Shown: piece after piece, positions 9,205-18,914 of the stretch
Layout of the letters: each line of letters begins with the position of its first letter
Numbering within the stretch: the stretch's first letter is position 1
NCBI GenBank assembly: GCA_028716565.1
Contig: JAQUPL010000001.1
Span: 345,476-409,475 of the forward strand
Direction: 5' to 3'
Origin: Candidatus Omnitrophota bacterium
GTDB taxonomy: Bacteria; Omnitrophota; Gorgyraeia; Pluralincolimonadales; Pluralincolimonadaceae
DNA: 64,000 nucleotides
Notes under the pieces: generated by a model
Told to the model about the DNA's origin: nothing
The model's database searches: none
The model's input: the letters and a program-made list of their open reading frames with translations, nothing else
Position numbers and translations under genes: made by a program

Positions 9205-9296
9205 CTCCCTTCTTAAATGAACCCATGGTTTATGCCGTATATGAGCATAAACCATATGGCCGAATTTAATCCCGCCTCAGGCGGGATTTATTCCAT
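9205..9296 (-). promoter_or_regulatory. conserved structured intergenic element, copy 1 (two hairpins plus conserved linker upstream of RBS)
   Basis: Minus-sense: GGGATT-stem (AATCCCGCC/GGCGGGATT), then TAAATTCGGCCATATGGTTTATGC-loop-GCATAAACCATGGGTTCATTTAAGAAGGGAGG. Roughly 70% identical to the element at 46640-46725, with compensatory stem changes. Confidence 0.5.
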
Positions 9297-10106
9297 TTAT
9301 GTCCCTATCTTGACCTTCCCCAGGATACCGTCCAGCGTAGCCATGGCCGAAAGGACCGCCATGTAACTGGTCTTCGGGTTGCCCGGCGAAGGGACGTTCT
9401 CTGTCCTGGCGGTAAGCCTTCCGAACGCGCCTTCTGCCTCTATCTCGTGTATGTTCCTTTTTATCGACGGGGAAGCGATTATCTTGACCCTCGTCTTGCC
9501 CGGGCCGATGCCGCACAGGCTTAATGTCGCCGCGACGTTTATGTTCGCGGGAAAACCTTCCATCGCCTTGAACGCGTCGCCCTCAAAAAGCACCTTATCC
9601 GTCTTTATCTTCCCCAGGTCTATATTATGTTTGACCACATACGGAGCGCCCCTGAACCCCTCGGGCGGCTTCCTGGTGGTAAGCGTGACCTTTTTTATCC
9701 CGGATAACTTCGAGGCCTTGAGCCCGTCAAGCCCGCATATTGCACCGCTCGGTAAATATATATGCGATTTTTTCTTTTCCGCGAGCTTGAAGAGCGCCTT
9801 ATAACTTTTAAGCAGGCCGCCGGTGCTCATCACCATGACATCCCTTCCGGCTTTTACCGACCGGCTCGCTATATCGCCCGAAATTTTGGCGGAGGCAGCC
9901 TCGATGACGAGGTCCACGGAACTTATCAAACCCTGTACCGATGCGACCCTGGGCCTTGCTTTCAACCCGGCGGAAAGGCTTTTTGCCTTCTTATAATCCG
10001 CATCAGAAAGAACGGTGACTCTCGCCCTGCCTCTTAATTTGCCGTCAATATGCGCGGCTATCCTCGAACCGATCGTGCCGCAGCCTATTATGCCGACTTT
10101 TACCAT
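9297..10106 (-). CDS. nadX: L-aspartate dehydrogenase
   Basis: Start at the internal Met (MVKVGIIGCGTIG, Rossmann motif). PSGAICGLDGL, NINVAATL and ENVPSPGNPKTSYMAVLSA match Thermotoga-type NadX. Adjacent to nadA. Confidence 0.85.
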   Translation of the reverse strand: MVKVGIIGCGTIGSRIAAHIDGKLRGRARVTVLSDADYKKAKSLSAGLKARPRVASVQGLISSVDLVIEAASAKISGDIASRSVKAGRDVMVMSTGGLLKSYKALFKLAEKKKSHIYLPSGAICGLDGLKASKLSGIKKVTLTTRKPPEGFRGAPYVVKHNIDLGKIKTDKVLFEGDAFKAMEGFPANINVAATLSLCGIGPGKTRVKIIASPSIKRNIHEIEAEGAFGRLTARTENVPSPGNPKTSYMAVLSAMATLDGILGKVKIGT

Positions 10107-10113
10107 GGTTATT

Positions 10114-11091
10114 TCAATATCCCGCCGCCGCCGAGAGCGGCTTCTCGCCGGATACCCCAAGCATCCTGTCAAGCGACTGCTTCGCCTTCGCCTTGACATC
10201 CTCCGGCACCTCGACTTTATAGACCATATTCTCCAGGGAATGCGCGAGCCAGCCGAGCGTGGTGAGTTTCATGCTCGGGCAGATAAGGTGCGAGGTCGCG
10301 AGGAAGAACTCCTTGCCCGGGTTCTCCTTCTTCAGCCGGTAGAGCATCCCCGATTCGGTGCCTATGATAAATCTCTTCGACTTGGACCCTTTTATATATT
10401 TGAACATCCCGCCGGTCGAGCATATGTGGTCGGCCAGGGCCAGGACATCGGGTTCGCATTCCGGGTGGGCTATAAATTCCGCGTCAGGGTAATTCTTCCT
10501 CACTTCCAATATATCTTCTTCCTGGACCCTTATATGCGTCGGGCAGAATCCCTTCCAAAGGATTATCTCCTTGTCCCGCACCTGGCTCTGGACATACTGG
10601 CCCAGGTTCCTGTCCGGGATGAATATTACGCGTTTAAACTCTTTAAGGGATTTGACTATCTCTATCGCGTTCGAGGAGGTGCAGCAGATATCGCTCTCGG
10701 CCTTTACCCGCGCCGAGGAATTTACGTAGCAGACTACAGCCGCGTCGGGATATTGCGCCTTCAGGGCGCGGACCTTCTCGGCCGTTATCATATCGGCCAT
10801 CGGGCATCCCGCCTCGATGACCGGAAGGAGCACTGTCTTGTCGGGATTGAGTATAGCGGCGGTCTCGGCCATGAACGTGACGCCGCAGAAGACTATGACC
10901 TTGGCGTCTGTCCTGACCGCTGCCTGGCTGAGCGCCAGCGAATCTCCCGTGATATCGGCCAGCTCCTGGACCTCGTCGCGCTGGTAATTATGCGCGATTA
11001 TGACGGCGTTGCGCAGTTTCTTTAGCTGGAGGATCTTATCTTTTAGTTGTTCGTTATAAGTAGCTTCTGGGTTAGAGGGGTTCTCGATCAC
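10114..11091 (-). CDS. nadA: quinolinate synthase
   Basis: 325 aa with NadA hallmarks ([27 protein letters not shown], three-fold repeat architecture). Confidence 0.95.
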   Translation of the reverse strand: MIENPSNPEATYNEQLKDKILQLKKLRNAVIIAHNYQRDEVQELADITGDSLALSQAAVRTDAKVIVFCGVTFMAETAAILNPDKTVLLPVIEAGCPMADMITAEKVRALKAQYPDAAVVCYVNSSARVKAESDICCTSSNAIEIVKSLKEFKRVIFIPDRNLGQYVQSQVRDKEIILWKGFCPTHIRVQEEDILEVRKNYPDAEFIAHPECEPDVLALADHICSTGGMFKYIKGSKSKRFIIGTESGMLYRLKKENPGKEFFLATSHLICPSMKLTTLGWLAHSLENMVYKVEVPEDVKAKAKQSLDRMLGVSGEKPLSAAAGY

Positions 11092-11092
11092 T

Positions 11093-11446
11093 TTAGGCTT
11101 TCTTTATCCTGTTCTTGGCGTCGACAAATACTATTTTAGGTTTGATCTTGCGGACTTCCGATTCGTCCGCCTGGCAATATGATATTATTATGACGGTGTC
11201 TCCCTTGTGCGCCCAGCGCGCGGCAGCCCCGTTCATGCAGATCGTACCGCTTCCGGTTTTTCCGGCTAGTGTGTAGGTCTCGACGCGCGAACCGTTGTTC
11301 AGGTTGACTATCTGGACGCGTTCGCCGGGGAGCATATCCGCGGCCTTCAGTAGTTTCCCGTCTATAGTGATGGAGCCGGTGTACTTAAGATTCGCCTCGG
11401 TCACGGTCGCGCCGTGTATCTTCGACTTTAACATCGTCCTTAACAT
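11093..11446 (-). CDS. panD: aspartate 1-decarboxylase
   Basis: [29 protein letters not shown]... near-identical N-terminus to PanD, including the Gly-Ser self-cleavage site (YTGSITID). Confidence 0.9.
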   Translation of the reverse strand: MLRTMLKSKIHGATVTEANLKYTGSITIDGKLLKAADMLPGERVQIVNLNNGSRVETYTLAGKTGSGTICMNGAAARWAHKGDTVIIISYCQADESEVRKIKPKIVFVDAKNRIKKA

Positions 11447-12295
11447 TTACGTTTTTACCTCTATGTTGTCTATCAACCGTGTTGAGCCTATCCACACTGC
11501 CACTACTACCAGGACCTTGCCCTTGATCTTTTTCACGTCTTTCAGGTCATCCGGGTTTACTATCGAAATGTAATCGATCTTGTCCCCGGCAGCCGAAATC
11601 ATCTTCCTTATCTCGGACTTTATCTTCGCGGCATCCCTACTGCCTGATTTTATCAAATCCCCCGCCAGTTGTAAAGCACGATATACCGTCGGGGCGGCCC
11701 TCCTCCCGTCGGGAGAAAGGTAGGCGTTGCGCGATGACATCGCCAATCCGTCCCTTTCCCTGACCGTAGGCATGACTTTTATCCTTATCCCCATATTCAG
11801 GTCTTCGGCCATCTGCTTTACCACGATAGCCTGCTGCGCGTCCTTCTGTCCGAAGTAAGCCGTATCCGGCCTGACGATATTAAAAAGCTTTGCGACGATT
11901 GTAGCCACCCCGCGGAAATGCGCAGGCCTGGACTTCCCGCAGAGATTCCCTGTAAGCCCCTCGACATTCACATACGTCGAATATCCCTTCGGGTACATCG
12001 CCTTCACCGCCGGATAAAAGATATGATCTACACCTTCTTTTTTACAAAGAGCTGCGTCTTTCCGCAGATCGCGGGGATATTCCTTATAATCCTCGTTCGG
12101 CCCGAACTGCGCCGGGTTCACGAAGATGCTCACTACGACCGTCTTATTCTCTTTGCGGGCGCGCCTGATAAGCGAAAGGTGCCCCTCGTGGAGAAAGCCC
12201 ATCGTAGGGACGAAACCGACGGGCCTGCCTTTCTGTCTGTCGCGTTTGAGTTCTTTATTCAGTTTATTTATCGAGCGGATTATTTTCATGTTCAC
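11447..12295 (-). CDS. panC: pantoate--beta-alanine ligase
   Basis: GFVPTMGFLHEGHLSL (HIGH-like motif), FGQKDAQQ, SSRN. 282 aa. Confidence 0.9.
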   Translation of the reverse strand: MNMKIIRSINKLNKELKRDRQKGRPVGFVPTMGFLHEGHLSLIRRARKENKTVVVSIFVNPAQFGPNEDYKEYPRDLRKDAALCKKEGVDHIFYPAVKAMYPKGYSTYVNVEGLTGNLCGKSRPAHFRGVATIVAKLFNIVRPDTAYFGQKDAQQAIVVKQMAEDLNMGIRIKVMPTVRERDGLAMSSRNAYLSPDGRRAAPTVYRALQLAGDLIKSGSRDAAKIKSEIRKMISAAGDKIDYISIVNPDDLKDVKKIKGKVLVVVAVWIGSTRLIDNIEVKT

Positions 12296-12713
12296 TTTCG
12301 CTGAACTTAGAGGCCACGTCAGGAGCTATCTCTGCAAGCGGCTCTAACATAAAACGCCTCAAATGAAGCTGAGGGTGGGGTATCACAAGGTCCGGCTCAT
12401 TCATTACGATATCACCGTACAGGAGAATATCCAGGTCGATCTCCCTGGGGCCCCATTTTACTCTTGACGGCGTCCTTCCTACCTTCTTTTCCGTCAGTTT
12501 AAGGAGCGCGAGCAACTCGTGAGGCGTAAGATGTGTTTGGATCTCCGCGGCGCCGTCGAGGAACTTATCCTGCGGCGGGCCGCCGACAGGATCGGTCTCG
12601 TATAGCTTTGAGACCTTTATCACCTCAACCATCCTTGAATCCCTGAGCTCTTCTATCGCTTTTCCTATATTCCCGCGCCTATCGCCCAGGTTAGAGCCAA
12701 GCGCGATGAACAC
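12264..12713 (-). CDS. folK: 6-hydroxymethyl-7,8-dihydropterin pyrophosphokinase (HPPK)
   Basis: MFIALGSNLGDR...YETDPVG...REIDLDILLY. Classic HPPK motifs. 3' end overlaps panC. Confidence 0.85.
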   Translation of the reverse strand: MFIALGSNLGDRRGNIGKAIEELRDSRMVEVIKVSKLYETDPVGGPPQDKFLDGAAEIQTHLTPHELLALLKLTEKKVGRTPSRVKWGPREIDLDILLYGDIVMNEPDLVIPHPQLHLRRFMLEPLAEIAPDVASKFSESEHENNPLDK

Positions 12714-12715
12714 CC

Positions 12716-13885
12716 TTACTTTAGGAATTTCTTTATCCTCTGGACCGCGGTCTTTATCCTGTCCTTGGAAACGGTGAGGGCCATCCTTATATAACCTTCC
12801 CCGTACCTGCCGAACCCGTTGCCGGGCGTAACGATGATATCGGCCTTCTCGAGCAAAGCCTTTGCCAGCGAGGAGGAGTTATAGCCCGGAAGGTTCTTTG
12901 CCCAGACATAGAACGACGCCTTCGGCTTGGGAACTTTCCAGCCCAGGGAATTCAGGCCGTTCACCAGCGCGTCGCGGCGTTCCTTGTATGTCTTATTGGC
13001 TCTCGCTACCGGTCCCTGCGGTCCTTCGAGCGCGGCGATCCCGGCCAGTTGCACCGCCTGGAATATTCCCGAATCGATGTTCGATTTCACCTTCGCGAGC
13101 CCCTGGATGGCTTTCTTGTTCCCGCAAGCCCATCCTATCCTCCAGCCCGTCATATTGTATGTCTTCGAGAGCGAGTGGAATTCGACTGCCCTGTCCTTGG
13201 CGCCGACCATCTGGAGAATGCTCATCGGGCGGTATTTGTCGTAACAGACCTCCGAATACGCCGCGTCTGAACAGATGAGGATATTGTTCCTGTGCGCGAA
13301 ATCTAGAGCTTTCTTGTAGAATTCTTCGTCAGCGACCGCGCCGGTCGGGTTATTCGGATAATTGACGAACATCATCTTAGCCTTATTCGATACGGACGGG
13401 TCTATCCTATCCAAGTCCGGCAGGAAATCGTTCTCTGCCAGTAACGGCATAAGGTAAGGCATGCCGCCTGCAAATATCGTCCCGTTCTTGTAAGGCGGGT
13501 AGCACGGGTCAGGCACAAGCACGTAGTCGCCCGGATTTATGAAAGCGAGCGGCATATGAGCTATCCCCTCTTTCGAGCCGATAAGCGGCAACACCTCGGC
13601 ATCAGGGTCAAGTTCGACCTTGAACCTCTTCTTATACCATTTCGCTATCGCATGCCTGAGCTGCGGCATCCCTGAATCCAGCGCATAATGGTGGTTATCC
13701 GGCTCGAGCGAGGCCTCGTGAAGTGCTTTTATTATATGGCCGGGCGTCGGCAGGTCAGGGTCACCGATGCCCAGATCGATTATATCCCTGCCCTTGGCTT
13801 TCGCCTGCCTCTTCGCCTTGTCTATCTCCGCGAAAAGATACGGTGGAAGTTTTGCTAATCTTTCGGAAAATTCAAACTCGCTCAT
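12716..13885 (-). CDS. dapL: PLP-dependent aminotransferase, probable LL-diaminopimelate aminotransferase (DapL type)
   Basis: Class I/II aminotransferase (SLSKTYNMTGWRIGW, Lys in SKT). N-terminus FSERLAKLPPYLFAEIDKAK resembles DapL. Embedded between dapB and folK, and there are no dapD/dapC/dapE genes in the cluster. Confidence 0.6.
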   Translation of the reverse strand: MSEFEFSERLAKLPPYLFAEIDKAKRQAKAKGRDIIDLGIGDPDLPTPGHIIKALHEASLEPDNHHYALDSGMPQLRHAIAKWYKKRFKVELDPDAEVLPLIGSKEGIAHMPLAFINPGDYVLVPDPCYPPYKNGTIFAGGMPYLMPLLAENDFLPDLDRIDPSVSNKAKMMFVNYPNNPTGAVADEEFYKKALDFAHRNNILICSDAAYSEVCYDKYRPMSILQMVGAKDRAVEFHSLSKTYNMTGWRIGWACGNKKAIQGLAKVKSNIDSGIFQAVQLAGIAALEGPQGPVARANKTYKERRDALVNGLNSLGWKVPKPKASFYVWAKNLPGYNSSSLAKALLEKADIIVTPGNGFGRYGEGYIRMALTVSKDRIKTAVQRIKKFLK

Positions 13886-14613
13886 TTGATGTCTCCTAAT
13901 ACATCCTGCATGTCGTATAATCCCGGTTTTTTTCCGGCGATGAATTTCGCGGCGGCCAAAGCGCCCTTAGCTAATATATCGCGAGTCTTAGCGCTGTGCG
14001 AAAGCTCGATCGTGTCATAAGGGCTTTCGAACGTTACTTTGTGGTCGCCGACTATTTCGCCCTCGCGTATCGACTTTATGTCCGAGACCTCGCGGTTGGA
14101 CGCCTCCTTGACTATCTGGGCAAGTTTCTTCGCAGTCCCTGACGGCGCGTCCTTCTTGTGTATATGGTGCGCCTCGACAATCGTCACGCCGTAATCCTTC
14201 GATAATTTCGCCGCGGCGTCCCTAACCAGACGGAAGAGAATGTTCACGCCTATCGACATATTCGGCGAGAAGACGACGGGTATCTTCTTGGCGGCTTCCC
14301 TGATCTTATTTACCTGCTCATCGGTAAATCCCGTAGTGCCGATAACAAGAGCCTTTTTATATTTTACGGCGGCGGCAAGATGCTCCATCGTAGCTTCGGG
14401 AACGGTAAAATCCATCAGGACATCGGCGGCCTTTATATCATCGAGCTGGTCCGAGACCTCGCCGTACGCGAACTTCGAGCCGACAGACGGGTGCCCTTTC
14501 GCTTCTAGCCCGAGGATGACCCTCATCCCGCTCTCTTTCGGGGCCAACCCGGCGATCCTTGCGCCCATCTTTCCTGCGTACCCGCAAACAGCGACTTTTA
14601 TCAATTCGGTCAT
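13882..14613 (-). CDS. dapB: 4-hydroxy-tetrahydrodipicolinate reductase
   Basis: N-terminal Rossmann KVAVCGYAGKMG, E(x)HH motif (VEAHHIHKKDAPSGTA). 243 aa. Confidence 0.8.
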   Translation of the reverse strand: MTELIKVAVCGYAGKMGARIAGLAPKESGMRVILGLEAKGHPSVGSKFAYGEVSDQLDDIKAADVLMDFTVPEATMEHLAAAVKYKKALVIGTTGFTDEQVNKIREAAKKIPVVFSPNMSIGVNILFRLVRDAAAKLSKDYGVTIVEAHHIHKKDAPSGTAKKLAQIVKEASNREVSDIKSIREGEIVGDHKVTFESPYDTIELSHSAKTRDILAKGALAAAKFIAGKKPGLYDMQDVLGDIK

Positions 14614-14617
14614 TATT

Positions 14618-15487
14618 TTACAAGCCGTATTTTTTCAGAGCCTCGGCGAGTTTCGCGAGGTTCTCTTCCGACATATGGCACAACGGCAGGCGGAGTTCCG
14701 GCTCTATCATACCCATCAGTTCCATCGCCGTCTTTACCGGTATCGGATTCGTCTCGATGAACATGGCTTTCACAAGCGGCAACAACTTATAATGAAGTTC
14801 CTGGGCCTTTTTTATGTCACCCTTCTTGAAGGAAGCCACCAGGTCGGCCACATCCCGCGGCACGATATTTGCCACGACCGATATTACGCCCACCCCGCCG
14901 ATAGCTAGGATAGGCAGCGTAAGCGCGTCGTCGCCTGAGATTATCGCGAAGTTAGGCCCGCAGAGGTAACGTATCTTCGAGATCTGCTCGAGGTTCCCGC
15001 TCGATTCCTTCACACCCACTATATTCTTTATCTGCGCCAGTTTCTGGAACGTCTCCGGCTCGATATTTACCGCTGTGCGCGACTGGATATTGTAAGGGAT
15101 GATCGGTATCTTTACCGAATCCGCGACCGCCTTGTAATGCATATAGAGCCCGCGCTGTGTCGGCTTGTTGTAATAAGGCGACAATAACAGCGCCGCGTCC
15201 GCGCCTGCCTTTTCGGCATACTTCGTCAGCTCGATCGCCTCAGCCGTGCAATTCGATCCCGTCCCTGCGATTATAGCGATCCTTTTCTTCGCCGCCTCTA
15301 TCACCACCTCTATCACGCGGTTGTGCTCCTCGTGCGTCAACGTCGCGGACTCGCCGGTCGTCCCGCACGGCACTATGCCCGAGGTCCCGTTCTTTATATG
15401 GAACTCTACAAGCTCGCGTAATTTTGCTTCGTCAACTTTCCCGTTCTTGAAGGGTGTCACAAGCGCAACTATCGAACCTTCGAACAT
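14618..15487 (-). CDS. dapA: 4-hydroxy-tetrahydrodipicolinate synthase
   Basis: ALVTPF, GTTGESATLT, active-site Lys region (GVKESSG). 289 aa. Confidence 0.9.
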   Translation of the reverse strand: MFEGSIVALVTPFKNGKVDEAKLRELVEFHIKNGTSGIVPCGTTGESATLTHEEHNRVIEVVIEAAKKRIAIIAGTGSNCTAEAIELTKYAEKAGADAALLLSPYYNKPTQRGLYMHYKAVADSVKIPIIPYNIQSRTAVNIEPETFQKLAQIKNIVGVKESSGNLEQISKIRYLCGPNFAIISGDDALTLPILAIGGVGVISVVANIVPRDVADLVASFKKGDIKKAQELHYKLLPLVKAMFIETNPIPVKTAMELMGMIEPELRLPLCHMSEENLAKLAEALKKYGL

Positions 15488-15503
15488 CCTTACTCCCTCC
15501 TAA

Positions 15504-16322
<819 letters not shown>

Positions 16323-16335
16323 GGATAGGTTTGGC

Positions 16336-17595
16336 TCACTTAAGTTCTTTGGGGATATTCTCGCCTTTTACGAGGTCTTCGTATTTTTCCCTCTCTCGCA
16401 CCACGTAGAACCTTCCGCGCAGGACCATCACCTCGGCGACGCGCGGCCTCGAGTTGTAATTGCTGGACATGGTAAACCCATAAGCGCCCGCTCCCATCAC
16501 GGCTATCAATTCGCCGGGCTGGAACTCGGGCAGCCTCCTGTCCCTGGCCAGGACATCCCCGCTCTCGCAGATCGGGCCTACAACATCGGCCAGTATCTTC
16601 CTGCGCGCCGGCCGCCTTATCACCGGGATGATCTCATGATAGGCGTCATAGAGCGACGGGCGGATAAGGTCGTTCATCGCCGCGTCGGATATGATGAAAT
16701 TCTTTGAGCGGGTCTTCTTGACATACGTCACTTTCGCTACCAGTATACCGCTGTTGCCGGCGATAAACCTGCCCGGCTCGAGTATGAGCCGGACGTTTAT
16801 CCTGCGTATAAGCGATACCACGGACTTAGCGAAACGCGCGGCGGTCTGCGGCTTTTCCTTGTTGTAGATTATCCCGAGACCGCCTCCTATATTAAGCCAG
16901 TCGACCCTCGCGCCTTTCCTCCTAATATTCCCGATCAATGTGCCGGTCTTGTTTATTGCCTTGCGGAACGGCTCGGCCTCGGTTATCTGCGAGCCGATGT
17001 GTATGTGTATCCCGCGCAGGCGGACGTTCGGGTATTTCGAGGCCTTCAGGAACGTTCCCTCGACGGTCGTGAAATCCAGGCCGAACTTGTTCTCAGCTTT
17101 CCCAGTCGTGATGAATTTGTGCGTATGCGGGTCGATATCCGGGTTGGCGCGCAGGGTGCAGTCCACCACTCTGCCGAGCCTCTTGGCGGTCTTGTTTATC
17201 TGCGCCAATTCAGGCAGAGATTCGATATTAAAGAATAATATGCCCGACCTTATCGCGTCCTCTATTTCGCGTGCGGTCTTGCCGACGCTCGCGTAGACGA
17301 TCTTCTTCGGGTCGCATCCGACCTTCAGCGCCTTGTACAACTCGCCTCCGGATACGACATCGAGCCCTGCGCCGGCTTTTACAAGCGCCATGACGACAGC
17401 GAGGTTCGAGTTCGCCTTCATCGAAAAGCAGATGAGCGGATTAAGCTCCGAGAAAGCGTCGCGCAGTTTCCTGTAATGGTCTATGAGCGTCTTGTGGCTG
17501 TAGAGATAGAAAGGCGTCCCTACGGCGGCGGCTATGCCGCCTATCCCCACATCCTCACAGAAGAGCTCATCGCCCTTATATTTGAATTCGTGCAT
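16336..17595 (-). CDS. lysA: diaminopimelate decarboxylase
   Basis: Fold-III PLP decarboxylase (FSMKAN, GGGLGI, EPGR, CESGD). Confidence 0.9.
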   Translation of the reverse strand: MHEFKYKGDELFCEDVGIGGIAAAVGTPFYLYSHKTLIDHYRKLRDAFSELNPLICFSMKANSNLAVVMALVKAGAGLDVVSGGELYKALKVGCDPKKIVYASVGKTAREIEDAIRSGILFFNIESLPELAQINKTAKRLGRVVDCTLRANPDIDPHTHKFITTGKAENKFGLDFTTVEGTFLKASKYPNVRLRGIHIHIGSQITEAEPFRKAINKTGTLIGNIRRKGARVDWLNIGGGLGIIYNKEKPQTAARFAKSVVSLIRRINVRLILEPGRFIAGNSGILVAKVTYVKKTRSKNFIISDAAMNDLIRPSLYDAYHEIIPVIRRPARRKILADVVGPICESGDVLARDRRLPEFQPGELIAVMGAGAYGFTMSSNYNSRPRVAEVMVLRGRFYVVREREKYEDLVKGENIPKELK

Positions 17596-18914
17596 TATCT
17601 TCCTTTTTTCCTTGATGCAACCGACACCTTCGGGTCCAATAATTTAAAGGCGTCCTTCTCGAATTTATCCGAAAACTTCTTGAGTTCTTTAAGAGCGAGA
17701 CCGGATATCCTCTCTTTCTTTTCGAGAGTCGCCGTTACTAATTTGCCGATCACCGAATGCGCCTGTCTCGAATCCAGCCCCTTAGCGACCAGGTACTCGG
17801 CCAGGTCTGTCGCGTAAAGCGACTCGTCCAAAAGCGCCCTGTCAATATTCGCCTTGTTTACTTTTATGCCTTTCATCAGCTCGGCATAAATAGACAGCAC
17901 CTTCGATATCTTCTCGACCGAATCGAAGAGCGGCTGCTTGTCCCACTGCATATCCCTGTTATATGTCAAAGGCAACCCCTTCATCATCGTCAGGACCGAG
18001 AATAAATTCCCGTATATACTGCCGGAGATGCCCCTGGCCAGCTCGAGGAAATCCGGGTTGACCTTTTGCGGCATTATGCTAGAGCCGGTGCAGAACTGCT
18101 GGTCTATCTCGACGAACCCAAACTCAGGCGTAGCCCAGAGTATGAGGTCCGAAGCGAGCCTCGAGAGGTGCATCGATACCAGCGATATAGCCTCAAGAAG
18201 TTCGGCGACAAAATCCCTGTCGGATACCGCGTCCATCGTGTTTTCGCAGAGCGACGCAAAACCCAGCTCTTTGGCGACATATTTCCTGTCGATCTTAAGC
18301 GAAGTCCCGGCCAACGCGCATGCGCCAAGCGGCATGAAGTCCGCCGCATGATAGGCGTAATGGAGCTTCCTCTTGTCCCTTGCCAGCATCCATACATATG
18401 CCTCAATGTGGTCGGACAAAAGCACCGGCTGCGCGTGCTGCGTATGCGTCAGGCCCGGCACTATCACGTCCTTGTTCTTCTTCGCGAAACCGAGCAAGGA
18501 TTCCTGCAAACTCGAAACCAAGCCGTATAATTCCTGGGCCTTATCCTTGCAATACATCCTCGTATCCAACGCGACCTGGTCGTTCCTCGACCGTGCGGTA
18601 TGCAGCTTGAGCGCCGGCTTGCCTATCTTCTTCTCCAGGGCATTCTGGATATTTGTATGGATATCCTCAGCCGTAAAGTCGTATACGAACCTGCCCGCAT
18701 CGATCTCTTTAGATATCGCGGTAAGCCCTTTTACTATCGCGGCGGCGTCTTTCTTCGGGATTATCCCGCATTTCCCGAGCATCTTCGCGTGGGCGATAGA
18801 GCCGAGGACGTCGTACTCTGCCAGCCTGTAGTCAAAATACATGCTGCACGAAAAATCCTCGAACTCAGGGTCCTGCGACTTCTTGAACCTTCCGCCCCAA
18901 AGTTTCTTTTTCAT
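17595..18914 (-). CDS. argH: argininosuccinate lyase
   Basis: LWGGRF N-terminus, fumarate-lyase signature GSSIMPQKVNPD. Confidence 0.9.
   Translation of the reverse strand: MKKKLWGGRFKKSQDPEFEDFSCSMYFDYRLAEYDVLGSIAHAKMLGKCGIIPKKDAAAIVKGLTAISKEIDAGRFVYDFTAEDIHTNIQNALEKKIGKPALKLHTARSRNDQVALDTRMYCKDKAQELYGLVSSLQESLLGFAKKNKDVIVPGLTHTQHAQPVLLSDHIEAYVWMLARDKRKLHYAYHAADFMPLGACALAGTSLKIDRKYVAKELGFASLCENTMDAVSDRDFVAELLEAISLVSMHLSRLASDLILWATPEFGFVEIDQQFCTGSSIMPQKVNPDFLELARGISGSIYGNLFSVLTMMKGLPLTYNRDMQWDKQPLFDSVEKISKVLSIYAELMKGIKVNKANIDRALLDESLYATDLAEYLVAKGLDSRQAHSVIGKLVTATLEKKERISGLALKELKKFSDKFEKDAFKLLDPKVSVASRKKGR

Noticed and set aside
9197-9226. Upstream in-frame Met (MGSFKKGGEH...) as the start of the small repeat protein.
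   Set aside because: The downstream ATG at 9196 has a strong GGAGGTGA Shine-Dalgarno at optimal spacing. The upstream Met sits inside the conserved hairpin element and has no RBS.
10015-11025. 336-aa plus-strand ORF.
   Set aside because: Antisense to nadA and nadX, which both carry unambiguous family motifs. It has the same composition artefact. Spurious.
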